A stretch of 64,000 nucleotides of DNA from Thecamonas trahens ATCC 50062 (GCF_000142905.1 NW_013657662.1:186001-250000), one strand, 5' to 3'; shown: positions 21,693 through 33,744, counted from the stretch's first letter. Notes: generated by a model not told the origin, from the sequence alone. A program made the numbers and translations.

Positions 21693-22270
21693 GTCGAGTA
21701 CACGAACCGAGCGCCCATCGCTCCACACAACACGCTCAGTAGCTTTACATGATTCCATAACCCATTCCTGCCAACCCTAACCCCAAGGCCCCGGACCACC
21801 GCTCCAAGCACAGCCGATGGCGCCTATTGCCTGTTCGGCTTGGTTTGTACTTCTCAACAGTGCGCGCCTCGTCTTGACAGCACCACCATCAGAAGACAAA
21901 GCCTCGCTTGCTCTTGCGCGAGGTGCGGCCTGCGCGGGAGCGGTTCTTGCGCGAGACAGCCTTACGCGCCGACGCCCGCCTTTTCTTCTTGTCCGCCGCG
22001 ATGGCCGACTCGCCCTTGCGTGCGCCGTCCAGCTTGCCCATCGGCGTGGCACCAGCAGCCTCGCTCCCTGTCGCAGGCCCGGCACCGGCTGCCTTCTCGA
22101 TGTCCATAGTCTCACCCTCGGCTGAACTCCGCCATACCCTCAACACCTCATGAGTCTCTCCCCTTTCCCTCTCCTCCCCCCCCCCCCCTCCCCGTCCGTG
22201 ATCCCCTCCTCCCCGCTCCCCCGCTTCCCCTTCTCGTCTCACTCACTGCATATGCAACATAACACAGGCC

Positions 22271-24189
22271 ATGTACACCGACGAGGGATTTTGTCATGCA
22301 GCTTCTGCAGCTTCTCCCGCTCGACCACCATCTGCTTCTTCCGTGCAACTGGCAAGCCCTCGCTCTCGCTCATTCTGTGGGGCGTGCACTTGCTTGCCAT
22401 TGTGGCTGTCGCTATCGGATGGCGGACAAGACTCTCCATGCTGGTCCTCTGGATGTGCACTCTCTCGCTGCAGATCCGCAACGAGCTCTGCCTGCATTCG
22501 GGTGATGTGCTTCAGCGGTGCGTGATCCTCTTTGCCATGCTCATGCCGCTCGGCACCATCTGGTCTATTGACGCCGTCAACGCGCGGTTTGAAGCCGGCA
22601 CGCCGGCCGAGTCGGCCGCACTGCTGCGGCGGCGGCTGAAGAGCCGCCGGCCCGATAGTGACGTGGCCAACGACAGCGGTATGCATGTCGGCAACGGTTC
22701 ACCCCTGCACATGAACGGCGAAGCTGATGCCCGAGACGAGGCCATTGCGATCCTTGTCTCGCCGCACCAGGCCGACGTGGTGGACGCTCTGCCGCCGACC
22801 CGGACGATTGCCGACTTTACCACGCTTGCGTACATGTTTCAGATCTGCATCATGTACGTCTTTTCGGTCTACCACAAGTCTGGCCACGAGTGGACTGTCG
22901 ACTACACAGCAACGTTCTACGCGCTTCAGCTCGACTTTTTCCGAAAGCCCATGGGTGACTTTCTGCTCATGATGCCCGACGCCTGGCTGCGGTTCTTCAC
23001 TTGGGCCGTGTGGAAGTGGGAAAAGTACGGGCCGATGCTCTACTTTGTTCCGTTTGCCACCGGCCCGTGCCGGCTCCTCGGTGCCTTTGGCTTTGCCTTT
23101 ATGCACTTTTCGTTTGGCCTTGCCATGCGCCTCGCCATGTTTACCTACATCACCATGGCGGCGCAGACCGCGTTCATTCCACCGATGTTCTGGGACGACA
23201 TTGTATTTACGTTCCTTCGGCGCTTTTCAGCCTTTTCAACCCCGCTCACCATCGTCTACTCGCCGCGCAAGCCTTTGTATCGTTGGCTGGCGTGCGCGGC
23301 GCTCGAGCTGGGCCTTTTGCGAGGCGCCAAAATGGTGCGCGGCTCCGACGCGCCGTCCGCGCCTCGGCTGGCTGTCCGCGGTCCTACCGGCGATGAGGCG
23401 ACCGGCCTGGACGCACTGACTGCCCTTGCACGCGCCTCACCGCTGCTGTGGTGGTACGGCTGGCTGCTGCGGTTCCGCCCGGTCAAGCTCCATGCGCGGC
23501 TGATGCTCTGGCTGGCGGGCGCAGCCGACCGGCTGCTCTGCTTTGAGCGGGCGTCGGTTGTAGTCGAGACGAGCGAGCGGAGTGGCAACGCGCTTGTCGC
23601 CGAGTCGCGCGACTTTACCTCGCTCGTTTTTTGGGCGTGGCGCAACATCTTTGCGCTCTTTTGCATCCTCTTCATCCTCCTCTGGTGCCTCGCCAACGTC
23701 AACGCGTACCGCGGCCTTCCCGCCGAGATCCACTGGATCGGACCGACTCTCCACATCGGGCAGATGTGGAGCATGTTCTCGCCCCACCCGCCAAAGTCGC
23801 AGTGGCACTTTGTCATCAAGGCCAACCTGACCGACGACACACAGGGCGACCTCTTTCCCAACGCCGGCTTATTCAAGTTTGAGACGCTCTCACCACTGAC
23901 GTGGGAGCGACCCGACACACTTGTGGGCGACATCGGCAACCACCGTTGGTTCAAGATCTACGAGGCCTTTATCTGGGGCCAGGGGTATTCGGACGTGCCA
24001 GCGCTTCGGCTCGGCTACGGGCGGTACATCTGTCGCGAGTGGAACGCCCGCCACACGGGCGGCTCACGCTTGTGGATGTTCGAGTGGTGGATCATCCACG
24101 CCTTTGTCCACGAGGACGGGACCCGAACCTTTGCCGGTAAGGACGTGCTCTGGGAGCATCACTGTTACGACACCAAGCCGACTGACTGA
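22271..24189 (+). CDS. HTTM-domain (VKGC-like) membrane protein with an internal degenerate DCC1-like domain; 5' end uncertain, frameshift at 22289-22292
   Basis: YTDEG, GWRTRLS..LWMCTLSLQIRNELCLHSGDVL..F..LMPLG..WSIDA, Q...Y......KSG.EW..D.TA..YAL.LD, HFSFGLAMRL..F and Q.WSMFSP.P are HTTM motifs. A probable upstream exon near 22000-22150 reads poorly. Confidence 0.75.
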
Positions 24190-24252
24190 GCCCAAGTATG
24201 CACGCATCGCTGGCTTGGCATCTACTGGCATTTACCCGAGCTACCTTGTACC

Positions 24253-25257
24253 TCACAGCTTAAAGTCGTCCAGCTTGCGCATGAGCGGGTACGGATGGTT
24301 GGCATCCGGGTCGTTGGGGTCGACCCACTCCTCGTTGCGCGACTCGGCGAGCCACTTGTGAAAAGCGAGCATGCCGTCCTGCACCAGCGGGGCAAGGGCT
24401 TCGCGATCAAGGATCCGGCCGTCGGGAGTCATCACAATGACCGTCGGAATGTCCGAGATCTCGCCCACACGCTGGAAGATCGTCGGCCGCTGCGAGTACT
24501 CGGCGGCGAGCCAGTCCATCCCGGCCTTGGACATGTACTTGAGCATGTCGTCGGCGGACTGATCCACCGAGAGCATGACCACCTCGACAGGCATCCGCTC
24601 CTCGATCGCTTGATTGTACAGCTTGGTCAGCAGAGGCGTAAACGTGTGGCACGGCGGGCACCACCCGGCGGCAATGTACAGCACAATCACCTCCTTGTCG
24701 GCCGTCACCCGGAAGCCCGGCGTTCCCGACGCGTCGACCAGGTCCACCCCGTCGAAGAACGGCACGTTCTGCGCCCCACGCTCAGCCTTCTTACGGTGCC
24801 TGCACCCCCACCCCACACCCCCGTTGCCCACACCCTCCACAGCTCATGAGCTCCATCCCATGCATCCCTTCCCCGCATGCTCCTCCCCCCCTCCCCTCCC
24901 CCCCTCCCCATCCGGGATCCTCCCTCCCTCCCTCCCTCCCCTCCGCTGCCCCCCCCCCCACCCGCCCTCTCCCCCCCCACCCACCCACTCTGACACGTAC
25001 GACTTCATGATGTACTTGCGGCGCTTCACGGCGTTGACAGCCTCGCGGCGCTCGGCCTGGGCCGCCTTCCACAGGTAGAACGCGCCGGCAACCAGGACGG
25101 CGCCTGCCGCGCCCGCAGCCTTGGCCACGTTCCACAGCAGCGACGACGACGGCGCTGCAGCGTCACCACTGGCTCCGGCCACAGGGCCAGCTCCGCTCGT
25201 CTGGCCTCCCGCAGCACCGGTAGTCGTGGCAATGGCTCCAGAGACAGCGTCCGTCAT
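24253..25257 (-). CDS. Membrane-anchored nucleoredoxin/tryparedoxin-like thioredoxin (WCPPC); exons 25257-25001 and 24799-24253
   Basis: LYIAAGWCPPCHTFTPLL..EVVMLSVD..IPTVIVMTPDG. N-terminal hydrophobic anchor AAGAAGAVLVAGAFYLW. Phase-2 GTACGT...CAG intron. Confidence 0.85.
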
Positions 25258-25364
25258 GTCGATGAGGAGCACAGTCGAGTGTGGCCGAGTCAGCTGCAAC
25301 TCGCCATAGGCGACGCCAGCACACGTCACTTTACCGTCTTCCACCAGCTGACATAACACAGAAG

Positions 25365-28046
25365 CTACGATGCTGTCTCGAGCGCGGCGGCAGTGCGCTT
25401 GAGCGAGTTGAGCTCGGTCTCGACAGCAAGTGCGCGGGCCTGGGCCTCGACACGGAGCTTGGAGGCCATGGCCAGATCGCTCTTGGTTGCCTCGAGCTGG
25501 GCCTTGAGCGTGTCGACAGCGGCGAGGTCCTCGCGGAGCGCGGCCACCTGGGTCTCGAGCTCCTCGCGGGCCTCGAGCTGCTCCGCCACGCGGATCTTTT
25601 CCGACTCGAGCCGGGTCTGCGTGTGCGAGAGGTCGGCCTTGACAGCCTCGACCTCGAGCATGGCCTCACGAACCTGGCGCTTGTTGTGGGTCAACTCAGC
25701 CTCGTCCTCCTTGGCCTTGGCCTGTGACTCCTGGACCAGCTCGTCGATGGAAGTCTGGTACGTCTCGATGTCGGCGCGGAGGCGAGAGACCGAAGCCTCA
25801 AGCTGCTCGATCTGTGCCTCGTACGCCACGCGCTGCTGCGCAAAGTCAGCGTCAAGCTCCTCACGGAGCTGCGCCCGCAGCGCAGCCGCGTCAAGCGGCT
25901 CGCCCATCTCGGCCTCAAGCGCGTACGACGAGTTGAGGTCGACCGCGTCATCGCGCTCGCCGGTCAGCTCGTCGACCGTGGCCACCAGCTCAGCGTTGCG
26001 GCTCTCGAGCGCCGCCACCTCGCCCTCGAGGAACGCAACCGACGACTGCAACCGCTCGACCTCGAGCGCCGACTGATCGCGCACCTTTGAGCGTTGTGGG
26101 CCTGCGTCTCCTTGACCTGCGACGTCCGCTGCAGCGACGCCGCAGCCTCCTCGAGCTCGGCAATCTGGTTGACAAGCACAGCCTTTTCCTCCAGCAGCGC
26201 CTTGGCCTCGGCCTTGGCACTGTCGAGCTTGGCGGCAAAGCGCTCGGCCGACGCTGCGTCGGCCGCGGCCTTGGCTTCGGCGTCGGCCGCGGCTGTTGTG
26301 GCGGCGTCGGCCGTCGCCTCGGCAGCAGCCGCCCGTCCTTCGGCAGCCTCAACTGCAGCCTCCAGCTCGGCCACCTTGCTCTCGGCGTCGCGGAGGAGGT
26401 CGCGCCGGTGTGCAAGCTCCGAAGCCATGGCGTCTACGTCGCGCTCGAGCGAGATGTTCATGTCGTGCATCGACTTGAGTGCCGACCGTGACTCGGAGAT
26501 GGATGTGTTGAGCACGCCGAGATCGGTGTCGCGCGTCGTCGACTCGGCAGACTTGAGCGAGAGCTCCAGCCGAAGCGCGTTGATCTTGTGCTCAGCCGCG
26601 TTGCGGGCGTCGAGCGCCGCCGTGTACTCGGTCGTCAGATTGGTGACCTTGGCCAGCGCCTGGTCCTTGAGCGCCTTGGCTTCGTCGGCTGCCGCCCGTG
26701 CTGACGCTGCCGCCGTCTCGGCCTCCAGCTTCTCGTGTTCCAGCCGCGCCACCTCGAGCCGCAGCTCCGAAATCGTCGCCTTGGACCGCGATGCCAGCCG
26801 GGTGTGTCGCTCCACCTCGGCGTTGGCCTTGCGCAGCTGGCTCAGCAGCGAGTCGTTGAGCGTAGTCGCCTCGCCCAGCGCCTTGCGCGTCTCCAGCAGC
26901 GCCGCATGGTCGTCGCCCGACCGCGCCACCTCGGACACCAGATCCGCTTCAAACTCGGCGAGTTTGGTCTGCAGGATCGCTTTCTCGGCCTCGAGTAGCG
27001 GTACATCCTGCCGCAGCTTCTCCAGCTCGACCACGTAGTTGGCGATCGAGTCCTCGTAGTGCTCCCGCAGCGACGACGCCTCGTCCAGCAGTGATGCCAG
27101 CTCGGCCCGCTCCTTGGTCTCCTCTTGCTGCAGCACCTCGAACCGGCTCTCGAGCGACGCCGCCCGCGCCCGGACAGACTTGAGCTCGCGGGTGGCCGAG
27201 GTCAGCTCGCGACGCGCGCGATCACGCTCGCGCGCAAGCGGCTCCAACTGCTCGCGCGCTGTCGCCACCGCAGCCGTCAGACGCTCGTTCTCCGTCTTTG
27301 CCTCCTCCGCTCGCTCGTGCATCCGAGCAATCTTGCGCTCCGCGTCCTTCACCGCCACTCGCAGCGAGTCGCGCTCGTCGCGCACCCCGTTGAGCGCCGC
27401 AAGTTCCTCCTCCAGCCCATTGATCGTCGCCTCGCGATCCTTGAGCGTGGCGTAGTACGAGTGGAGCTCCGTCTCAAGCTCGTCCTCGCGTGTGATGAGA
27501 TCCTGGTTCTTGGCGAGCCGCTGCGCGTTGGTCTCGTTGACCAGCGCCACCAGCTTGGCGTTCTGCTCGCGCGCAAGATCCAGCACGTGCGCCTTCTCCG
27601 CAAGCTCCTCCGCCAACCGCGCAGCCTCAGCCTCTGCCCGCGCCGCAGCCTCGGTCACCACCTGCTTCTCGCTGCTCAGCGTCCGCACGTCCATCAGCAG
27701 CTTGTCGCACTCGACCTTGAGCTTGCCGGTGAATTTTTCTCAACACGCAGATTGCCCTCAGCATGCGCCAGCTCGATCTTGGCATCCGCCAGCTCCCGCG
27801 CCAGCTGTCGCCACCACCCAGTCCCGCAGTTTCCCATTGCCAGTGAGTCCCGTATCCTGTGCCGCAACCCAAGGGTATCCGCCTGACTGCCTCCAACAGC
27901 CAAAAACGGTTTGTGGCTGCCAACCGCCCCCCCTCCCCCCCCCTCCTCCCCTCACACACACTACATTCACCAACCGCACACAAGCCACTTACCGACTCAC
28001 GCAGTTCCTTCTCTCGCACAAGCTGCGCCTGCAGCCGGGCTTCCAT
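25365..28046 (-). CDS. Long coiled-coil protein; exon 28046-27993, intron to 27805, apparent frameshifts at 27734-27738 and 26086-26088
   Basis: Heptad-rich ORF segments join through a GTAAGT...CAG intron and two single-A insertions (EKKFTGK; AQKVRDQ). Confidence 0.65.
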
Positions 28047-28471
28047 CTTCCCTGCCCCAGTAGCCACAGCGTCGGGTGTCCGGCCCCTCGTCGCCCCCCT
28101 CCCTCCCTCCCCTCCTCGCCCTACCCCCTTCGGCCAGCTCGCCCGGCACCCCACGCCTCGGCCTCAGCCGCCAATTCGCGGCGCGACAAAGGGCAATGAC
28201 CGGAGCGAACAATGTGGCAGGCGGTGGTGACTAACCGCCCCAGTGGCAAAATAGTCGTTGCTATTGGGCAGGCATGTCAGTCGGCGGCACGTTTGTTGAC
28301 TTGACTGGGCGGTAGGAGCCAACTGCGGGTCTGGCCCTGGTCTGGCGGCAAGACGTTGGAGCGCACATACCCACACCCACACTTCTCCCACCCTACTTTA
28401 CTCCACCCTCTCTCTCTACCTCCCTCCCTCTCCCTCTCCGCCGCCACCGCCACACACTCACACCGCCGGTC

Positions 28472-31400
28472 ATGGCCGCCCGCCATCAGCAGGCCAAACG
28501 GGCCAGTAGGCTCTCTGTCTACTCGGACGACGCGGACCTGGCATTCCTGGCACAGCTGGAAGAGCCGTCGTTGGCGCTGAGCTCGTCGGGCTCAAACTCA
28601 GAGTCGGTGTGCGGACTGGCACTCGCACCCAACTCCCCCTCGCCGCGCCTTGTCCGCTCGCCGCTTGCCTCTCATCCACACGCGCTCGGCTACACGCTCC
28701 AGGACTCGTCGTCGGGCTCGAGCTCGAGCTCAAGCTCGTCGCGATGCAGCATCCGTCGCCCGGTCCGGCACCGCAAAGCCCATCCGCCCGCTCGCTCCTC
28801 ACCACTTCGCCATGTACAGAACGCGGCGTCGTCAACAGACTCGACGACGTCGTCGTCATCGTCACCCTCGCCTTCGAGCGCGTCGCCCTCCTCTGAATCG
28901 AGCTCGCGCCGCGGCAACGTCCAGGACGTGGACGATCTCGGAACGCCTGCAGGCTCAGACGCGTCGATGGTCAACTTTCCCATCTCGACACCGCTCTCGC
29001 GGTCGTCGGCGGCGCTCCACCGCAAGCGGCCGGCATCGGGCTTCTTCTCGCAGCAGATTGTCGACTTGGAAGACGACACCTTTCAGCGCGACTCGATCAA
29101 GATGTACCGCTTGAAGCCACGGCGGCGCTCGCTCTCAGCGGTCCACGTGGTGAACAATCCCAACGCCGGTGGAAGCACCAAACTGTTGGAGAAGGCCTCA
29201 TCCTCGCTCCACGCCATTGGCGAGGGCTTTGACATCAACATTGACGATGATGCGCTCGACCTCAATGACTTTGACTTTGACGACATTGGCGACACGGTGG
29301 CCCTCGACTTTGCCGACGAGAGTAATGCTGCTGGCCCGATCGAACTCGACGCTCTGCCTGGCGGAGACGGCAAGTCGTGGTCGTCGTCGGGCTCGGACGA
29401 AGCCGCACAAGGCGCGGCCGCCGTGTCCACGCCGCGCGGCACCGCTGGCTCAAGCGCCGCGCTCACCAATAAGGCCGGAAGCAAGACCGACGCCAGTGCA
29501 CCAGACTCGAACGAGGCTGCAGGCGATGAGGCGGCGCCTCGCCGCTCGCGTTGGCGCGAAAAGTCGATCCGATTCCTCGACTCGATCCCGGTCACCATCT
29601 TTATGCTTGTCATCACTCTCTTTGTTCTCTTTGCCGACGACACACTCATCATTGTTGCGCCGGACAAGGATGACAGCCTCGACTTGTACCTACTCATCTC
29701 CAAGAACTTTGTCTTTCTCTGCTTCCTCGTGGAGCTGGTGTGGACGTCTGTGGTCAAGCCAAAAGACTACTTTCTCACCTTTTTCTTCTGGCTCGATGTC
29801 CTTGCCTTGGTCTCGTTTGCGCCCGATGTTGTCCTTCTCGTCGCTGACTACGACATTGTGACGCTGGTCTCGGCGCTGGCTGTGGCCCGAACTGGGCGAG
29901 CCGCCCGCGCCTCAGCGCGTGCCGCCCGCCTCGTCCGTGTTGTCCGTGTTGTCAAGTTTGCACGCATTGTGCAGCGCGGACACTCGGAGATAGCGGCCGA
30001 TGACAACGTCATCGACTCGCTCGAGACAAATCTTAACCGCAGCGCGCCCGCAGCGATGTCGACATCCGCAAGCGACGCCGGCGGTGGAGGCGGCGAGGTG
30101 ACGACGCTCGGCGAGCCGAGTCGCCTCGGCTCGCGGCTCATCAACCGGACGACCAACAAGGTCATCGCCATTGTCCTCATCTTGTTCCTGGTCACCTCTA
30201 TTGCTCAAATCACTGCGCCGTGGCGGCACCACGTGACGGCCGGCGTGTCGGCGCTGGAAGATTCAGCCGCCGCGCTGGGCGGCGTCACCAGTCCCACCTT
30301 TGTCAACGGCCCGCTGGCCTCGTTTCTCGAGGCCTACGGCTCGTCACTGCTCTGGCTCTCTATCTCTGATGTGGAGGTCTACGGCACGATCGAACAGGCC
30401 TCGCGCGTCCGCGAGGTATACATTCAGGAAGGTATGTCGCTAAGCAAGGCGTCGGTGGCATGGATCGACGTGAAGGAGACCGAAGTCATCCAAGCCATCT
30501 TCAACATCGCAATCCTTGTCTTTATCATCGTCATCATGGCGCTCGGCAACATGCTCATCACCCGCGATGCCAATCGGCTCCTCATCGTGCCGGTAGAGAA
30601 GATCATGGGCGTGGTCCGTGTCCTGCTTGACCACGCCAAGGTACCCGGCAAGCGCAAGGCTGGCGGGCCGGTTCAGCAAGCCAAGCAGAGCGAGACGGGG
30701 CGCAGCGGGTCGATGACTTCGCTACTGGCGCTGGACGACTCAGGCGCAAGGGTCGGCTCCGGTCGCTTGGGCGGCTCGGGTCGGCAGCTGTCTGAAGCCG
30801 AAGAACTGCTGCAAATGCTGTCGGAGATCGATGGCTCGCTGGCAATGGCGCAACAGGATGTCGAGTCGACTGAGACTAAGGTTCGCATCCGCGAGGCCGA
30901 ACTCGAGTCGGTCACCCTCTTCACCGTCCAACTCGAGATGTTGCTCTGTGTCGCGTTGCGAAAGCTGGAGTCCAAGGCACTGGCCAAGTGGGCAGCGTGG
31001 CATGAGTGGGGCCTCGTCCCACTTGCAGACCGCATCAGGGTTGCGCTCGCCGAGGCAGGTGGCGACTCGGCCGCGCTGGTAGCCCGACTCTCCCAGCACC
31101 CGCTCGCCCTGCCATCGATCGACGATCTGCAGCGGCACCGGGCTCAGCTCACGTTTGAGATCCTCGGACCGAGCGGCGGCGTCGGGGCTGATGGCGAGGA
31201 CGTGCGGCCGACTGTTCAGCTGCAGTCTGGCGCACTGCCGCACATTGTGGAGCACTTGTGCCACCCACTGGCGCATGATGCCGACTTTGACCGGGTCTTC
31301 TTTCTTACATACCGGGCGTATCTTTCGCCGGCTGAGCTACTGCAGCGGCTCATCGTTCGGTTCTCGCTTACGCCAGACGTGTACTACATTCGGGCGTCGC

Positions 31401-32476
31401 GCGATGGGCTTGACGCCTACTCGCAGTGGCGGCACGAGGTGCAACACCCGGTCCGGGTCCGGATTCTCTCGCTTGTCCGGCTCTGGCTCAAGTCGTACTT
31501 TTTCGACTTTCATGCCGATCCGGTCATGGTGGCGCTACTTGTTGACGTCCTCGTCCCGCTCCTTCGGGCCTCGCGAGTCTTTTCTGAGGCTGGGCGGCAG
31601 CTCCGGGTCCTGCTCGAGAACAAGCTGCTGGGACTCGAGGTCGGTGATGATGATGACTTTGGCTCAGAGACGACCGAGACGACAACGTCGTCGATAGTAA
31701 TTCCGCGGATGGCAGCGACGCGCGGCGCGCGGCTGAAGCTCCTCAACGTCGACCCTATGGAGGCAGCGCGGCAGCTCTCGCTCATAGAGCACGAGCTGTA
31801 CGGACAGATTGGCAAGCATGAGCTGTTGGACCTTGCATGGTCGCGTGACGACGCCGATACCCGCGCACCCAACGTGCTCGCCCTCATCAACCACTTTAAC
31901 GGAGTAACCGAGTGGGTCCAAGTCGCGCTCCTCTCCGAGGCCTCGGTCAAGACACGCGCCGCTATCCTCCGCACCTTTATCGACATCCTTGACAAGCTCT
32001 TTGCCATCCGCAACTTTAACGGCGCCATGGAGCTGGTCTCGGGCCTCTCGTCGGCGGCTGTGTCGCGGCTGCGCAAGACGTGGAAAGAGGTCGACGAGAC
32101 GCGGCGGTCGCGGTTCGAGGCTATCACAGCTTCGCTCTCGGCGCTCGGCAACTATGCGCAGTACCGCCGGTTGGTTGCCGACTACATGGAAGTTCCGGTC
32201 ATCCCGTACCTCGGTATGTACATGGGCGATCTGGTGTTCATCGAGGAAGGCAATGAGGATTACGTCGGCGACGGTCTCGTCAACTTTGACAAGTGCTACC
32301 AGATCGCCAACGCCATCCAGCTTGCCCTCCACTGGCGGCGGGCGTCGTTCCCGTTCTTTGAAGTTGCCGAGGTCAAAAGCCTCCTCACCTCTAGCATTGC
32401 CGAGGTCACCTCCAATCCAACCGATGATCGTGCGCTGTACAAGCTCTCGCTCAAGGTCGAGCCGCGCAAGAAATGA
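28472..32476 (+). CDS. Voltage-sensor-like 6-TM module + HAMP-like linker + RasGEF (REM and CDC25 domains)
   Basis: S1-S3 helices ending FFFWLDVLALVS; S4 ARTGRAARASARAARLVRVVRVVKFAR; two further TMs. REM: SGALPHIVEHL..FFLTYRAYLSPAELL..VRLWLKSYFFDF. CDC25: ARQLSLIEHELY..NFNGAMELVSGL..VIPYLGMYMGDLVFIEEGN..LVNFDK..LSLKVEPR. Confidence 0.88.
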   Translation: MAARHQQAKRASRLSVYSDDADLAFLAQLEEPSLALSSSGSNSESVCGLALAPNSPSPRLVRSPLASHPHALGYTLQDSSSGSSSSSSSSRCSIRRPVRHRKAHPPARSSPLRHVQNAASSTDSTTSSSSSPSPSSASPSSESSSRRGNVQDVDDLGTPAGSDASMVNFPISTPLSRSSAALHRKRPASGFFSQQIVDLEDDTFQRDSIKMYRLKPRRRSLSAVHVVNNPNAGGSTKLLEKASSSLHAIGEGFDINIDDDALDLNDFDFDDIGDTVALDFADESNAAGPIELDALPGGDGKSWSSSGSDEAAQGAAAVSTPRGTAGSSAALTNKAGSKTDASAPDSNEAAGDEAAPRRSRWREKSIRFLDSIPVTIFMLVITLFVLFADDTLIIVAPDKDDSLDLYLLISKNFVFLCFLVELVWTSVVKPKDYFLTFFFWLDVLALVSFAPDVVLLVADYDIVTLVSALAVARTGRAARASARAARLVRVVRVVKFARIVQRGHSEIAADDNVIDSLETNLNRSAPAAMSTSASDAGGGGGEVTTLGEPSRLGSRLINRTTNKVIAIVLILFLVTSIAQITAPWRHHVTAGVSALEDSAAALGGVTSPTFVNGPLASFLEAYGSSLLWLSISDVEVYGTIEQASRVREVYIQEGMSLSKASVAWIDVKETEVIQAIFNIAILVFIIVIMALGNMLITRDANRLLIVPVEKIMGVVRVLLDHAKVPGKRKAGGPVQQAKQSETGRSGSMTSLLALDDSGARVGSGRLGGSGRQLSEAEELLQMLSEIDGSLAMAQQDVESTETKVRIREAELESVTLFTVQLEMLLCVALRKLESKALAKWAAWHEWGLVPLADRIRVALAEAGGDSAALVARLSQHPLALPSIDDLQRHRAQLTFEILGPSGGVGADGEDVRPTVQLQSGALPHIVEHLCHPLAHDADFDRVFFLTYRAYLSPAELLQRLIVRFSLTPDVYYIRASRDGLDAYSQWRHEVQHPVRVRILSLVRLWLKSYFFDFHADPVMVALLVDVLVPLLRASRVFSEAGRQLRVLLENKLLGLEVGDDDDFGSETTETTTSSIVIPRMAATRGARLKLLNVDPMEAARQLSLIEHELYGQIGKHELLDLAWSRDDADTRAPNVLALINHFNGVTEWVQVALLSEASVKTRAAILRTFIDILDKLFAIRNFNGAMELVSGLSSAAVSRLRKTWKEVDETRRSRFEAITASLSALGNYAQYRRLVADYMEVPVIPYLGMYMGDLVFIEEGNEDYVGDGLVNFDKCYQIANAIQLALHWRRASFPFFEVAEVKSLLTSSIAEVTSNPTDDRALYKLSLKVEPRKK

Positions 32477-32576
32477 ATGCACCTCCAGACCGAGAGCACG
32501 CCCAGTGGCCGCAAATTCGCATTCGGCCTGCTGCACTCGTCTTCTCCGAAGTTCGGAACACGAGCAAGCACCGGCC

Positions 32577-33659
32577 ATGTCGGCGACCATCCAGCAGCAG
32601 CTCCGCGAGTACCAGCTACGCCGCAAGCAGGAAGCAGCGCAAGGCGAGGAGGCCGGCAAGCAGGCCGAGGCATCCGCGGTGGCCGAGGGGGTGGCCCAGG
32701 ATGCGGCCAAGGAGGCAGCCGAGATGTCGGCGGGGGCGGCGCCGTTGGGGAACACTGCCGTCTCGGCGGCCGACCCATACGCGACACGGCCACCGCAGAC
32801 GCCACCGCCACCGCAGCCGCAGCCGAAGCTGCAGCCGCACTCGCAACCGTCGGGTGCGGTGACCGACGTTGCTGCGCTGCTTCAACGAATTGCAGATCTC
32901 GAGTCGGAGAACGCGGCGCTCCGGGCCGGGGCGGCGGTGGTGGTGGCCGGACCGGGTGAGACGGACCCGACGGCGGCGGTGCCCGGCTCGCTGGCGCGCG
33001 GACCGGTGCCGGTCACGCCGGGTGGAGCGATTCCGATCCAAATTGTTGGCGGCGGCGAGGCGGTGGCGCGGCTGCAGGCTGAGAACGCAGCCTTGGCCGA
33101 CGCGCTTCGTAAGGCCAAGCGGAAGGTCCAGCGCGAGCGACAGCGTGCAGACCAGTCGGCGGCGTCGACCGAGCTCGAATACCTGCACATGGCCGAAGAG
33201 CTCAAGATGCTCGAGTCAGAGCGCAATCGGCTGGTAGAGCTCACCAACCGGCTCTCGACCAACCTGGCAAGCATGCAGTCAATGGCGTCGGAGTCGGCGA
33301 CTGCCAACAGTGGTCTCCACGCCGATGCCGCAGTCAAGCGCCAGTTTGAGGCACAATCGGCCGAGCTCGAGGCCGAGCTCCACGCCGCAAAGACTGCGCT
33401 CTCGTCGCTCGAGTACGAGAACCGGCTCAACCTTCGCCAGCTCGCTGCCGACCAAGACTCGGTTCGCAAGCTGGCCAAGGACCGCGCCGACATCTCGTCG
33501 CAGCTCGCCCAGAGCCAGGCGATCAACTCGAGCCTTGCATGGTCCAACTCGATGACCCAAGCACATCGTGCAGCCCTCATGCACAAGCTGGCGCTCACCG
33601 AGTCGGCCCTCGCCTACGTCGCTGCCAAGAACAAGGAGCTCGAGGCCAAGGCCGGTGTT

Positions 33660-33696
<37 letters not shown>

Positions 33697-33698
33697 AC

Positions 33699-33744
<46 letters not shown>

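Noticed and set aside
21817-22153. Short ORFs upstream of the HTTM gene as separate genes
   Set aside because: More likely an error-containing first exon: SSLA..R..G.G.LLDV resembles the HTTM start, and a poly-C tract ending in ACAG follows. No canonical GT donor could be fixed.
24253-24264. C-terminal FKL (thioredoxin) and IKL (uL24m) as peroxisomal PTS1 signals
   Set aside because: Non-canonical residues at -3 and no supporting context.
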